Positions 27,678 through 53,533 of a stretch of 64,000 nt of DNA are shown piece after piece (the stretch's first letter is position 1; the number at the start of each line of letters is the position of its first letter). Position numbers and translations under genes: made by a program. Below the pieces are notes generated by a model. It was given only the letters and a program-made list of their open reading frames with translations. It searched no databases and had not been told where the DNA came from. This DNA is from Chrysomallon squamiferum (taxonomy: Eukaryota > Animalia > Mollusca): the NCBI GenBank assembly GCA_012295275.1, contig CM022671.1, positions 31,682,001 to 31,746,000 of the forward strand. The letters are read 5' to 3'.

Positions 27678-30600
27678 TGAATAAAGCAGCAATTTAAAAA
27701 AAAAAAACATATATTTATCCTAGAAAGCGAGCCAGGAATGAGTTCCTGTTATGTCTGACATCTTTATATTGCAATAAATTCATAAAAAATAAATAAATCA
27801 TTTTCTAGAGATTATTAATCCTTTTATGACAGAAATATTCACCAAACAATCAGTTAATAATCAGAATTAATAGCAGTTTATCTTATTTGTGTGATAAAAT
27901 ACATTATATATTCAAGAAGTCAGCAAATCAGATAATGATAAATTGTCAACCAGCCAATTAACAATACAGTACATGTACTAAAATAGGAAATATGTCTTTT
28001 TTATGTGATGTCCCCAAATTTCACTGAATACCTGGAAGTGTAAAATGTTTAAAATGTTTTATTTTTGTCTTTCTTCAGAAAAAAAGCTTGATGTATATTG
28101 TGCCTTGTATTATTTATAGTCACACTTACATTTATTTATGTATGTAATTATAATTTAAAAGATCTTGTTATAGATAAAATAAATCTCTATCTGTCAGTTA
28201 TATATATATATATATATATATATAGATTGTGTTCACACACTTTATTTGTAAGTTCACAGTAACACACAGAACAAAAATTAACTTAAACAATATACTTTAT
28301 GTAACAAATAGTGTGTATATGTAATATTTTAAGAAATTGCTATCATGTCCTCTTGTAAATGTGCATGTTTTTTCTTTGTCTTAAGATGTACATATTAATA
28401 TACACACAAACATATATACATCACTAATACATACATACATCATTAATACATACATACAAACATTCATTCATACATACATACATACATACACACAGACACA
28501 AACAATCAGGCACACTGAAACACACACACATAAAAAGACGTACATAAATAAACATATTTGAATATATATTTGTTACATGTTCATGTTTATATATGTGTGT
28601 GAGTGTGTGTAAATATATACATGCACAAAGAATGTGTTATGTATACATATTTTATTTGTGTATCTATGTGAGATATAATTAAGAAAATGTATAATTTTAA
28701 CATTTAAATAGTTAAATTAGAGTGATTCTGTTAATTAAGACTATTTTAAATACTCTTCACTTTGGTTTGGTTGACAGTTACTGTTATTTCTATAAATGTT
28801 ATTGAGTTGTACATTTTATAAACAGAGGAGATTACTATCTTATAATTTTGTTAATCTGTTCATTTCTTTAATATGCTGTTACTTGATTGAAAATTTCCTT
28901 TGAATTTATTACTTACCTGTATAAGTTCATGTTCTCCAAATTAAATTTGTTAGTTTAAAAACAAAATTATTGAAAGAACTCTTTTCCAAATATTTTTTAA
29001 TTACTATTGTTATTTTAAAATGTTATTACTGCTTCAGACTTATTATTACTGTTTCTAATTATTAATCTGCATCACCATTTAAAAAAAATGTATATATATA
29101 TTTTTATTTATTTTTTATCAATATATTTATTTTTATTTTTTTTAAATTATTATTACTGTTTGATATTTTGTTATGCAAACTAAATCAGTAAAAACCATTT
29201 TCATTATATATTTTTTTTTTTTTTTTTTTAAGATACATTCTTAGTGGTAACTAAGTTCATGAAGGTTTCACTAGTTAATAAAACTAGATAAAATGAAGAA
29301 TTTACTAATCTAAAACAAAATAAATAAAGCTATGTAAAATACAAAACCACAATTTATTACAATCGTAAACATATACACAAACTGACAGCATTTCCATGTT
29401 ACATTTCATTATTAATTAAATTTAAAAATAAAACAGAGTATTTTTTTAAATATTTTATTTATTTTATTATTATTATTATTTTTTTTTTTTTATCATCAAA
29501 GGTATTCTTTAATAAAACATTATACATGGGAAGTGGGTTTATGCAGTAACTTAGGCTGTTACTGATTATATATCATTATATGTCATGTAGTTGTTACAGG
29601 TTTAGATATTTTAAAAGTATTTTTCTTTTTTCATTTTGGCAGGGTTGTAGTAATGTAATAAATATTATTTTTTCATTTTTTATGGTTGGAGGGAAAACAG
29701 CTTTGAACAATCATTTATTTATATTTAAGTTACATGATGTATTTAAGGGTGTTTTGTTAAAAAAAAATGTAAAAAAACTGTTCATTTCTTATATTTACTA
29801 ATATTCATCATTATGTAGGTTACTATAATATAGTCACTACACAAATTACTTTTATGTAGTATTAAATACCCACCCATTAATATGCAAATACATACATACA
29901 TACAAACATATATATATATATATGTATATATATATACATACACACACACGCACATGGGTGTTTCAGAATTAATTAAGTTATTGAATAATGATTAAATTTA
30001 TTAATTAAATTTAAAAAAAAAAATGTTATAATTTGCCAGTTGCCAGTTGCCAGTAACAGTAAAAATAATTAAAAAAAATAAAATAAAATAAAAAATCCAT
30101 TAAAATAGTAAATTATCAATTTGTTAGGCTAAATAATGAGAATTTATTTTATATAATGGGGTTCTAACAGAGGTATTTTATTACATTTTCGTAATACAGT
30201 CCCAATATATTTAAACACTAATTCAAGTTTTTTTTTGTTTTGTTTTTTTAACAATGTTTACGACCTTTTTACAAAATATAAAATAGGAAGAGAGAGAATT
30301 TCAAAAAAATTAAATTTCATAATATTTGTATTTTTATTTTTAATTAGAAATATAATTATATTGCACCATTATGATTATTAATTATATTACTACTATGTTT
30401 TAGATTTTATGTTTATTTCAAATTAAAAATGCCTTAAAATATTATTTTAAATGCATAAAGTGCTAAAAATATATATAAAGACCACCAGTACATACTACAA
30501 AACAAATCTATATCACAGGCGAAATGCTGACTATTAAACATTGTGTTCAAGATTTAAAATTATATAGTTGATTTTGGGGAAAAATTAGTTTTAATACTGT

Positions 30601-31139
30601 GTATCTTTACTTATTTCTACAAATAAGTATCAGTTGTTAATTTATTTTGTACATAATTAATATCTGAAATTAAACTACAGTTAATATTTCACATATTTGA
30701 ATAATTACATTGTTTGGGTTATGACTAATACTATAATTACATAGTAATATAAATACTGTTCTTTTTCTTTCAGTGTCATAAATCCAGCTGTATTTGTTAT
30801 TTGACAACAGTTTTGTTTTACATAATATTTATATTTCTTCTGCACTTGTCTCTGGTTAATTTAATTGTAGTAAATTTCATAAATAATAAGATTATTTGGT
30901 TGTTCAGTGTTAGTTAAGTCATTTTATAGTGCTACATGAATTTGATGAAGAACTAACTGTTCAAAAAACAAACATATACATTATATATAAATATAAACAT
31001 CTAAACTTTGAGGTTTCAGTACCTCAGTTTGTTTTGAGTTGAAATTTCACATTGCACTGGTTCTGATGACATTACTGGGATACGCTGTTTCAGAGGCATA
31101 AAGTATGAAGTGTACACCATTTGTGATAAATTTACCAAA

Positions 31140-31500
31140 TATTTGTACATTTAAATCAATTAAATAATTGATAAAATTAGTAAAGTATATTGTGTTTATT
31201 GTTTTAAGTATTTATCTAATATCTGTATGTGTAAATTAATTAAATAATAATGAAATTGGTAAAGTATATTGTATTGTAAAGTATTTGTCTAATATTTGTA
31301 TGTGTAAATTAATTAAATAATTGATAAAATTAGTAAAGTGTATTGTGTTGTAAAGTATTTATCTAATATTTGTACATGTAAATTAATTAAATAATTGATA
31401 AAATTAGTAAAGTGTATTGTAAAGTATTTATCTAATATTTGTATGTGCAAATCAATTACATAATTAATAAAATTAATAAAGTATATTGTGTTGTAAAGAA
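31140..31500. repeat. AT-rich minisatellite, about 5 diverged copies of a ~70-80-bp unit
   Basis: Recurring aaattaattaaataattgataaaattagtaaagt(a/g)tattgt..gtaaagtatttatctaatatttgta. Confidence 0.85.
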
Positions 31501-32462
31501 TTTAATAGGAAAAGTATGTACACTGGTTTTAAATCTTTGAAAATATTAATAAAAATAGGAAAATTTCATGTTCATATTTATTACATGTCTCATTAATGTG
31601 CAATGTAAATGTTGATATTGGCAAATTTAGAAAAACTGTACAAGTTTGTATCTGCTACTTGATGAACAATATATTTAAATCTTTGAAAATGTTAATTAAA
31701 ACAGACAAAATGTATAAGTTCAGCTTTAAATCACTGAAATTAAAAACCACAATAAGAATGTTGTTTAAGCTTATTAGCTGGTTATATGTGTTTTTATCAT
31801 TTGAATGTAAAGTGAAAATTTTAAAAATCTGTAAATAAAATTGACTAAAATAACTAAAATAACAAAGAAAATATACAATTTTGTGAACATTATGACTATT
31901 CTAGTAATGAACAGGAAACACCTATATGGCTGTATCTGATCAATTTTGTACACAACCCTTGAAAACTTATGTAACGTTTATTTTAGAAACAAGGGGTAGG
32001 GGACTATTAAATGTATTTAGCCTCTTTGCCTCTGGACAGATGTTCCAGTTATGTCAGTATTGAACCATCATATTTTTTTTTCTTAGACTTGAGGTTTGCT
32101 CATGTTGCTTGAAACAAGAGATTAAAAGTATTGGTGCAGTTTACTGCTTGTTTATTTTGTTTTATCATTTCTCCTAAACCTGAATTCATTTTATCAGATT
32201 TTCAATTATTTAAAGCACAAACTTATAATTCGGGCCAGAAGAGAGGTTGTAACAGAAATAATAATTAAGAAAATAATATTAATTCTCTGAGCCATACACA
32301 TCGCTGTAATTAATTATTTATTAATAATGTTCTGTGAGTAAGTGAGTGAAAAAAAAGAGACAGACAATCATAGAAAACAACGATGGCATAGACTTCAAAG
32401 AAATTATGTATGTATACAAAATGAAATCTTAGGCAACAAAGACATTAGGATTGTCAAAAGGT

Positions 32463-33087
32463 TCATGTTGCAGAGTAAGACGGTGGTGGTTCTGGGTCTG
32501 TCCAGGCAAAACCTGTGCGTATAACTTGATGATGTGATGATTCTACATGCTCAACGCCTCCTGAGAAGGGCTCATCTTTATCCTTTATTGGTTGGTGTAT
32601 TACTACTGATGACATCACTTTCTGTACTGAAACAGGCGGGTGTTGATCATGATAGTATTCCGCTTTGTACCAAAATAAGAAGAAAATGAAATTGTAAAAC
32701 AACCACAACAACAACAACAATAATGTGTGTGTGTGTGTGTGTGTCCCTGTGGATATAAAATGTGATAAAAAGATTGACAAACCTGACATTCCTAGGAATA
32801 GCACACCCCAAAAACAGCTCCATATCCAGCCAACCAGAAAGACAAAAGCGAACATTAACTGAAGAAGACCAATGCCAAAACTAATGCAACAAGAAGCACA
32901 TCTCTGACTTCTTCGCCTATCTTCCCTGGAACAACAAAGAGAGGTGAGACCCGCCACTATTGTTCCTTAAAAAAAAAAAAAAAAAAACAACAAAGATAAA
33001 CAGAAAGAAAGAAAAACAAAAAGCTAAATTACTGGATACAGTGTAGAATACCTTCACTTCACTGTGTTAATGAGTACAATTCAATTG

Positions 33088-33176
<89 letters not shown>

Positions 33177-33604
33177 CTCTTTGTCTCTGATAGTAGTGAA
33201 CAATAATTTAAAATTTCTCTTGCTGATGTCTTATTGTACATAAAATTGTATACTTACCAATTCCTGGAGTAAGAAAGTTAAGAATACAGCAGCAAATGGC
33301 GATCGGCATTGGAATTGCTGGAATTGCTACCCTATCTTCTTTTATTGTCACTTCTGTCAAAGCCTTGTTGGGCAAGTTCCAGTTAGAAGCTTTGAAAGAG
33401 AGAAAGAGATAAATGAATAAACACATATATACGAATATATGAACCTTTAAAATATACGTACATACACCCATCATATAAATGTATGTCATTACGTACATAT
33501 TTATACATTATTACACCATTTTTACGTCTCAGTGTAAATATTAACGAGTGTCTCAGAATTTTATCTTTTTTTTTTTCAAACACATAAATACCGACAGAAA
33601 ACAT
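32463..33604 (-). CDS. stum/SPEC3-family membrane protein; exons 33592-33604 (tentative start), 33258-33389, 32783-32965, 32463-32662 (~175 aa)
   Basis: Splices to ..AIPAIPMPIAICCCILNFLTPGIGTIVAG..CC..GIGLLQLMFAFVFLVGWIWSCFWG.., the hallmark of the stum/Spec3 family. All introns are phase 1 GT-AG. The first 13-nt exon (MFSV) is a guess from a phase-compatible donor. Confidence 0.85.
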
Positions 33605-34364
33605 ATCTCACATTCTTCGTGTCGTACACAAAATATATATAAATAAAGCTTATTGTTCGTCACAATTTTTAAGGCTGCATTGAAACGTACACACATATAA
33701 TTTTTTACCGTTACATAAACCGTTTAACAACGGTTAAAACTTTTCTAATTCCGTAGCTAATTCTGTAGCTTCGACATGAAAAATAAAAACACACAAAACA
33801 CCTACAAAACGTTAAAGACTTGAGACGGTTGGACAGAGATATATAGGGTAGGGTGAGACAGGACGCCCAGTCGGGGTTAAAGGCCTACGCCTTAATATCA
33901 ATGGTCAAGATAATTTGGTACTTTTTTAGCTTCCATTTCGAAATTTTCCTATTCGCAGCAGAGAAGAAGCTGGCAAACATTTAGATCCAGCTTATTATTT
34001 TCATCATGATTTTGTTAAAGTTCATACTCCTGTTTACTGAGTGGCATATCCTAAGCATGTTTAACTTAAATTTCAATGTTAACCTTTTATTTATGACAGC
34101 TATAATTTACAGCAGTCAGAAATTACGGACAGAGAGACAAACAAGGACACTGGCATTAACTGATAGATACACAGACTGACAAACAGAGACAGTTAAGTAA
34201 ACAAACCGTGACAAAAATAGCATGATAGAAAGATGGTCTGACAGTCAAATATATAGTTATAACAGAAATAAAAAATTATATGCAATTAATATTTTAATAT
34301 ATATTTTTCATTCAACGAAACAAAAACGTTTTCGTAATATAACTTCATCAAATGTTTCTAATTT

Positions 34365-37610
<3,246 letters not shown>

Positions 37611-38489
37611 CTACAAATTAATTTAAATGTTTTAATTAATAATAATAATTACAAAAATAATTATATAAATCCGTTATTATGTCTCCATCTTGCTGGAAAT
37701 TAATTTAAATAAACTAATTAATAATAATTACAAAAATACTTATATAACACTATTATTATGGACATGAATACTGTCAACTGGTATTACCAGTCATATAGAA
37801 TTATACAGCAGCACTATGACTAGATGAGAAATACTATTCCAAAGCATATCGGATAATATTACCAATTCGTGCAGAATATTATTACTTTTGCACGAAAAAT
37901 AATATAATATTCCGCAGCTAAAAATATAGTACTTTCGAAGTTAAAACTGCAGTATAGGTAATACGGCAAAATAGTAGTATTAACATTTTCCTAAAGAATA
38001 CAATTATCAGTATGCATTTAATAATATTATTAATACAAAAACACTATAATCAAAACACTTCAGCGTAAATATATTTCACTTTGATTCGGTAAATTGTCTT
38101 TAAGAAGGCTACTTCCTCTTTGGCACTGTCGATGTTATATCAGTGTAAGATATCACTGTGATATACTATCTGTGTAAAATTATTAAGTGAATAGTAGTAG
38201 TATAATAGAAGTAATAGTAGTAGTAGTAGTAATAATAACAGTAGGAATAGCAGTATCAGCAACAGTAGTAATAGTAGCTGTAGCAGTAATAATAGCAGAA
38301 ATTGTTGCAATAATGACAATGGTAAAATTAGTAGTTGTTGTGATGGTGGTGGTGATGGTAATCGTAACGCTAACTGTAATGATTTTTTAGCAACAATAAT
38401 AATAAATATGGAATTAAGAAAGAGTATACTATGGTTTCCATGAAGTGCATATATACTTATATTTACGTATGTTTGTGTGTGTGACTGTG

Positions 38490-38560
38490 TTACAGAATTA
38501 CGAAACAATCCACGGCAATAGTTAATATCCAGAACAGCCATTTCACACATTTCACTTTTC
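38490..38560 (-). other. Possible signal-peptide exon remnant of the SRCR-EGF-ZP pseudogene
   Basis: Reads VKCVKWLFWILTIAVDCF|gtaatt, a phase 0 donor compatible with the phase-0 SRCR exon; no in-frame ATG (GTG instead). Confidence 0.25.
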
Positions 38561-38883
38561 TGTACGTGTTTCTGTGTTTTTTCTTTCAGGTTTTTTTTTT
38601 GTTTGGTTTTTTTAGGGTTTTTTCAAATCTAATATGGAAGTATTTATAGTTCAGTTTGGTTAACGATATCACTAATCATTCTTCTTAAATTATTTCAAAG
38701 TCACTAAACTTAATTTTTTTTTGGTCACTTAATCGCTAAAAAATAATATGCAGCGGAAATCCCACAGACGTCTTTACAGTGGACAAACGATAGATCCACT
38801 GAAAAAGGAATAAACAGATAGACGGACGGAGATATGCAGAGAGAAAGACAATGCACAGAGAAAGAGAAAGACGGGGAGTTAAT

Positions 38884-38969
<86 letters not shown>

Positions 38970-39213
38970 AGCAACAGACAAATCTTACATTAATATTTAA
39001 TCATCAAATTATTCACTTTCCTGCATTATTTCCCATAAGTTTGTTTACGTCATGTTATTGTAGAAACAGGATAACGTTAACACGAAGGGAAAAGATAACG
39101 AAATCACTTGTTGTGTTCATCCGATAAAACTGAAGTGTTCACAGTTAGTTCCTTAATTCACAAGAGATTAAACAGTGTTACGGTTAGCATCACGACCACA
39201 GCAGATTATCATC

Positions 39214-39399
39214 ATGCAAGAAACAACACACTTCTCAATAATACTAACGCTGTTTCTTATGTTGCCAGCCGGTCAAATGAAAGAACGTGAGTATATAATG
39301 TTTTGTTTTTATTATTTATTTATTTATTTATTTATTTATTATTCTTAGTCATCTTCTTCTTCGTCTTCTTCTTATTATTATCATCAACATTGCTAAGTC

Positions 39400-39430
<31 letters not shown>

Positions 39431-41416
39431 TTCAGAATGTAGGCTGGACGAAATGAAAAACGATATAATCTTTTTACTCGATTCGTCTGGAAGTGTTGGG
39501 AACAGAAACTTCAGAATGGCCAAGTATTTCATCTACCGATTTATTGAACGTCTTAACATAGGATTAAACGAGACACACGTAGCTTTAATCCGATTTTCTT
39601 CAAGCCCCAAAAGTTTCGCCCGTCTTAATTCGTTTTACTCCAAAGAAGATCTCTTGGACGCTGTACGGAAGATCCCATACAACCGTGGAAGCACCAACAC
39701 TGCAGAAGCTCTTGAATACTGTCGAAAAAACCTCATGAAAATCAATCGCGGGGACAGGAAAGACGTGAAAAACATCATCATCATAATCACAGACGGGTCG
39801 TCCACATCGCGGCCGTCGAAAATGACGAATGAAATTAGTTCTATGAAGGAGAAGGGAGTCGTGATCACTGCTGTTGGTGTAGGCTCCATGGTGAATAAGA
39901 CAGAGTTAGATACGATGGCGTCCGAAGAGCGACTTTCGTTTTTGGTGGAAGACTACAAATCTCTGTTTGATATACAGACTTCATTGTTTGGTATTTCGTG
40001 TGACACGGAAGGTAAGTAATATTATGAACATTCATGGGGTATTCTTTATTAGAAATAACGACGAATATATTAATGTTTTAGATTTTGTGAGCCCTAAATC
40101 ATATTAAGTTTGGAGGCCCCTTAAACATTTACTGAATTTTATGATATGGTCGATTTATATTTATTTGTTTGTTTGTTTGGTTAATTAATTAATTAGTTAA
40201 GTTATTTATTTATTTATCTGCAGCCTTTATCTGTTATTCTTTTAATTCGTTATGTTCGTCTATTCCAGAAGATCAACAATTAACTGGAGTAACATCTGTT
40301 CAGACAAAGGAAGAAGATATTCCTCATCAGCCAAGCTTAACGGGAACCACCGCAAGAAAAGTAAAACCCACGACACAGACAGACTCAAAACAAGATCTAA
40401 AACGTACAGCTGATGTGACGACTGCATTGTACTCGTCGTCAAAAAGCCCTCCACTGACAATATCAACTTTAATTCCTGAAGACAGTGACTCTAAAACGAA
40501 AGGACAACAATACAAAACCACCATGACGGCCGTCACAGAACAAAATGAGAACAGCAATGCGTCGAAAGAAACTGAACCGAGCTCTGAAGAAAGTGTTAAA
40601 TTGACTGAGGTTTCAACAGAAGTATCAGCTGTGACTAGCGGAACATCAAACGTAACCTCTAAAACAATAACAGTTACTACCGAAACACCAGTTATACCTT
40701 CTAGAACTCTAATCAAAAGTACAAAAATGTCAGACGGGACTGCTAAGTCGACAGTTGATGTTTCTACAAATTCATCTACTTTTGCCTCAACGCCAATGGC
40801 GACTATCAAAAAATCATCTGTGACTGCTATGAAGCCCGTGGTGACTAGTATAAAATTTTCTTTCACTGGCAAAACGTCAGTGGTGGGCAACGCAAAATTA
40901 TCAAAGACAACCAAAAGGTCAATGGTGAATACTGTACATCCTGTTTTAACTAGTGAAACACCAGCGGTGATTAGTGAAAAGTCACCCATTAGGAATAAAA
41001 CGACAGTGATGTCTACTATAAAGTTATCTCATAAAAGTGAAACATCAGTTCTTGCTGGAATCTCTACAGCGAAGACAAAACTACTAACAGCAAACACTAA
41101 AACACTGACTGTAACGTCTTTCAAAAACGTAACAGAGCCGTTGACGCAAATCGAGAACTTTGACCATACTCTTTCATTAGACGAGCATTTTGTAAATACA
41201 GACACAAACAAGGGTTTAACATCGCTGCGTGCAAAACAGAGCAAAACCGAAAACAGCAACATCGACAATGAAAACTTGGAAAAATTGTTCAGGATTATCT
41301 TGTGGTCAACTATTGGTTTCTTTGCGTTTGCTTGCGCATTTAGTTTAATGCTTTTTGCAGCTAGAAAGCGTATCTTCAAATTAAAACGAAGGAAACAGGT
41401 TCTGGAAACAGTATAA
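39214..41416 (+). CDS. Type I membrane protein: signal peptide - VWA domain - Thr/Ser-rich mucin-like stalk - TM - short tail; exons 39214-39286, 39436-40011, 40269-41416 (598 aa)
   Basis: Exon 1 MQETTHFSIILTLFLMLPAGQMKE then C|gtgagt. VWA with intact MIDAS (DSSGS, GSTNT, ITDG) and flanking Cys. Phase-1 introns join in frame (1797 nt). TM IILWSTIGFFAFACAFSLMLFAA is followed by RKR and C-terminal ETV. Confidence 0.9.
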
Positions 41417-42015
41417 CAGTGGAAGAGTATTAAAATATTATCATTTGAAATATCTGACATTTAACGAACCTTTGCTCGTATTAATCTTGTGCATGTGGAC
41501 GTTTGTGTCTCTTTTTAGGAAGATGCTACAGTGATAAATGAATATGACAGCAAAAATTTATAAATATTTAAACGTTTGTATACATTAGCACTACTGGAAT
41601 GTACGTATTTAGGATTGAAGGTTAATTAGATTATGTTTTTATATAGAATGAGTATTTTTTAACTGTCGAAGATTTTTGTAACAGTATCCAGAACGTGTGC
41701 GTGCGTGCGTGCGTGTGTTTGTGTGTTTGTGTGTGTGTTCATAAATAATATGGCATGGCCTTTTGTTCTTTTTTCACGTAAAATACTTCGTTGAGTAATA
41801 AATAATTTGCTGATATTAGATATTATTTTCTTGTGTTTTTTTTTTTAATTTATTAGTAAAAAGAAGAAAATAAATAAATGTATGAGCAACAATAGTAATA
41901 GCAACAGCTACAACAACAACAACAATAAAAATAATAATAATGATGATGATGAAAAAAGATCTATAATTAATGCATGACCATACTATTGTTTGCCGATAGA
42001 TTTATTTTCTTAATA

Positions 42016-42492
42016 CAGGTACCGAACCATTTATCCGGCATCAGGAAATCCAGAAAACCCAGAAAACCGGCAATTATTATTAAGTGACTACTTTCAAATT
42101 AGTCACGCTGTAAGTCGCTACTCGCTGCATTAGTCGTTTCCGTGACGTACACGTTGTGATACTGTTGCTGTGTAGCGGTAATTCTGTCACAGAAGTCATT
42201 ATACCTGTCAAATTAAATTATGTTTTTTATTTTTATTTATTTAATTTTCATTTGATATTGTAAGAAATTTAAGTATTTTAAGAAGTGTGTTAATTTGTAC
42301 AGATATCATTTAAATAAAATTATGTTCCTTCTTTTCTTCGTTTAATTTTCATCCTATTTATCGTAGATCATATTCTCTATAGGTAATTTAAGATTTTTAA
42401 TGGATTAAAAAAAGAAGTTTGTATTTAGTATGTATCTAGAAATCCGGAGCACCTCTAGTCCCAAGCTTGCCGGATAAATAGTTCGGAACCTG
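42016..42492. mobile_element. Non-autonomous Tc1/mariner-pogo-type MITE (477 bp)
   Basis: 25-bp TIRs caggtaccgaaccatttatccggca / tgccggataaatagttcggaacctg (2 mismatches), flanked by TA on both sides. Confidence 0.85.
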
Positions 42493-42608
42493 TACTGAAA
42501 TTAGGTTTCATATTTAAAACTAATATCCTCTATAATGGTGTCGCTAAAATTTTTAAATCTCCTGTGAGGCTTTGAACAGTCACAGAATAATATTTAAAAA
42601 GATATAAG

Positions 42609-42948
42609 CAGTGGTGGGATTCAAACAATTTAACAGCAATTTATCTCATTAATAGTCTGTCAGGTTGGCCCTACACATGCCTAAACTTAAGGCTGGCCTT
42701 TAGTCTCCCACATGCCACACTTTACTTAGTGCAATTATTAAACTAATTATTTATGCAAATTTTAAAGAATGTCTAAAACAATGGTTAAAACACCATTTTA
42801 TTAATATTGTGGAGATAGTTACTGAGTGAAGAGTGACTTAAGTGAATCACTGAAAGCTGGCATTGTCAACATCCGGTTAGCCGAGCTCATGAAATTCCAA
42901 GAACAGGGTTCGTTCAAACCGGTGCAAACTGACTGAATCCCGCCACTG
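42609..42948. mobile_element. Non-autonomous hAT MITE (340 bp)
   Basis: 15-bp TIRs cagtggtgggattca / tgaatcccgccactg (1 mismatch); 8-bp TSD gatataag / gatgtaag (7 of 8). Confidence 0.88.
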
Positions 42949-43332
42949 GATGTAAGCATCCAGAACAAGTGGACATTTCCCCAAATCACAACAAAGTAAA
43001 TAAATAAATAAATAAAATAATACAATTAATTATTTATAATACAAACAACGATGACTGTCTGTCCTTAGGCATGGAAACATTAATTAGTTCACTCATTCAT
43101 TCATTACTTTATTTATTAATTTATTATTATTATTATTATTAGTAGTAGTAGTAGTAGTAGTAGAAGTAGTAGTACTAGTAGTAGTAGTAATAGTAATAGT
43201 AGTAGTAGTAGTGGTAGCAGCAGCAGCATTAGTAGTGGTAGTAGCAGAACAGTAGTAGAAGAAGAAAAGGAAGAAACAAAAATTAGACTGGTGCTCTTGA
43301 ATGTAAAGGATATAAACACAACATAAAACAAA

Positions 43333-53533
<10,201 letters not shown>

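Noticed and set aside
39748-39756. RGD tripeptide in the VWA domain
   Set aside because: It lies in the usual G-x-R loop before the VWA beta strand; no evidence of integrin-ligand function
40327-41460. Long antisense ORFs (220 aa, 143 aa) over the mucin exon; also 57835-58383, 58135-58377, 25658-25846
   Set aside because: Antisense or alternative-frame shadows of compositionally biased real exons
42889-42990. MKFQEQGSFKPVQTD*IPPLDVSI, resembling an alternative copine first exon
   Set aside because: It contains a stop and overlaps the right end and TIR of the hAT MITE; the real first exon is at 43333
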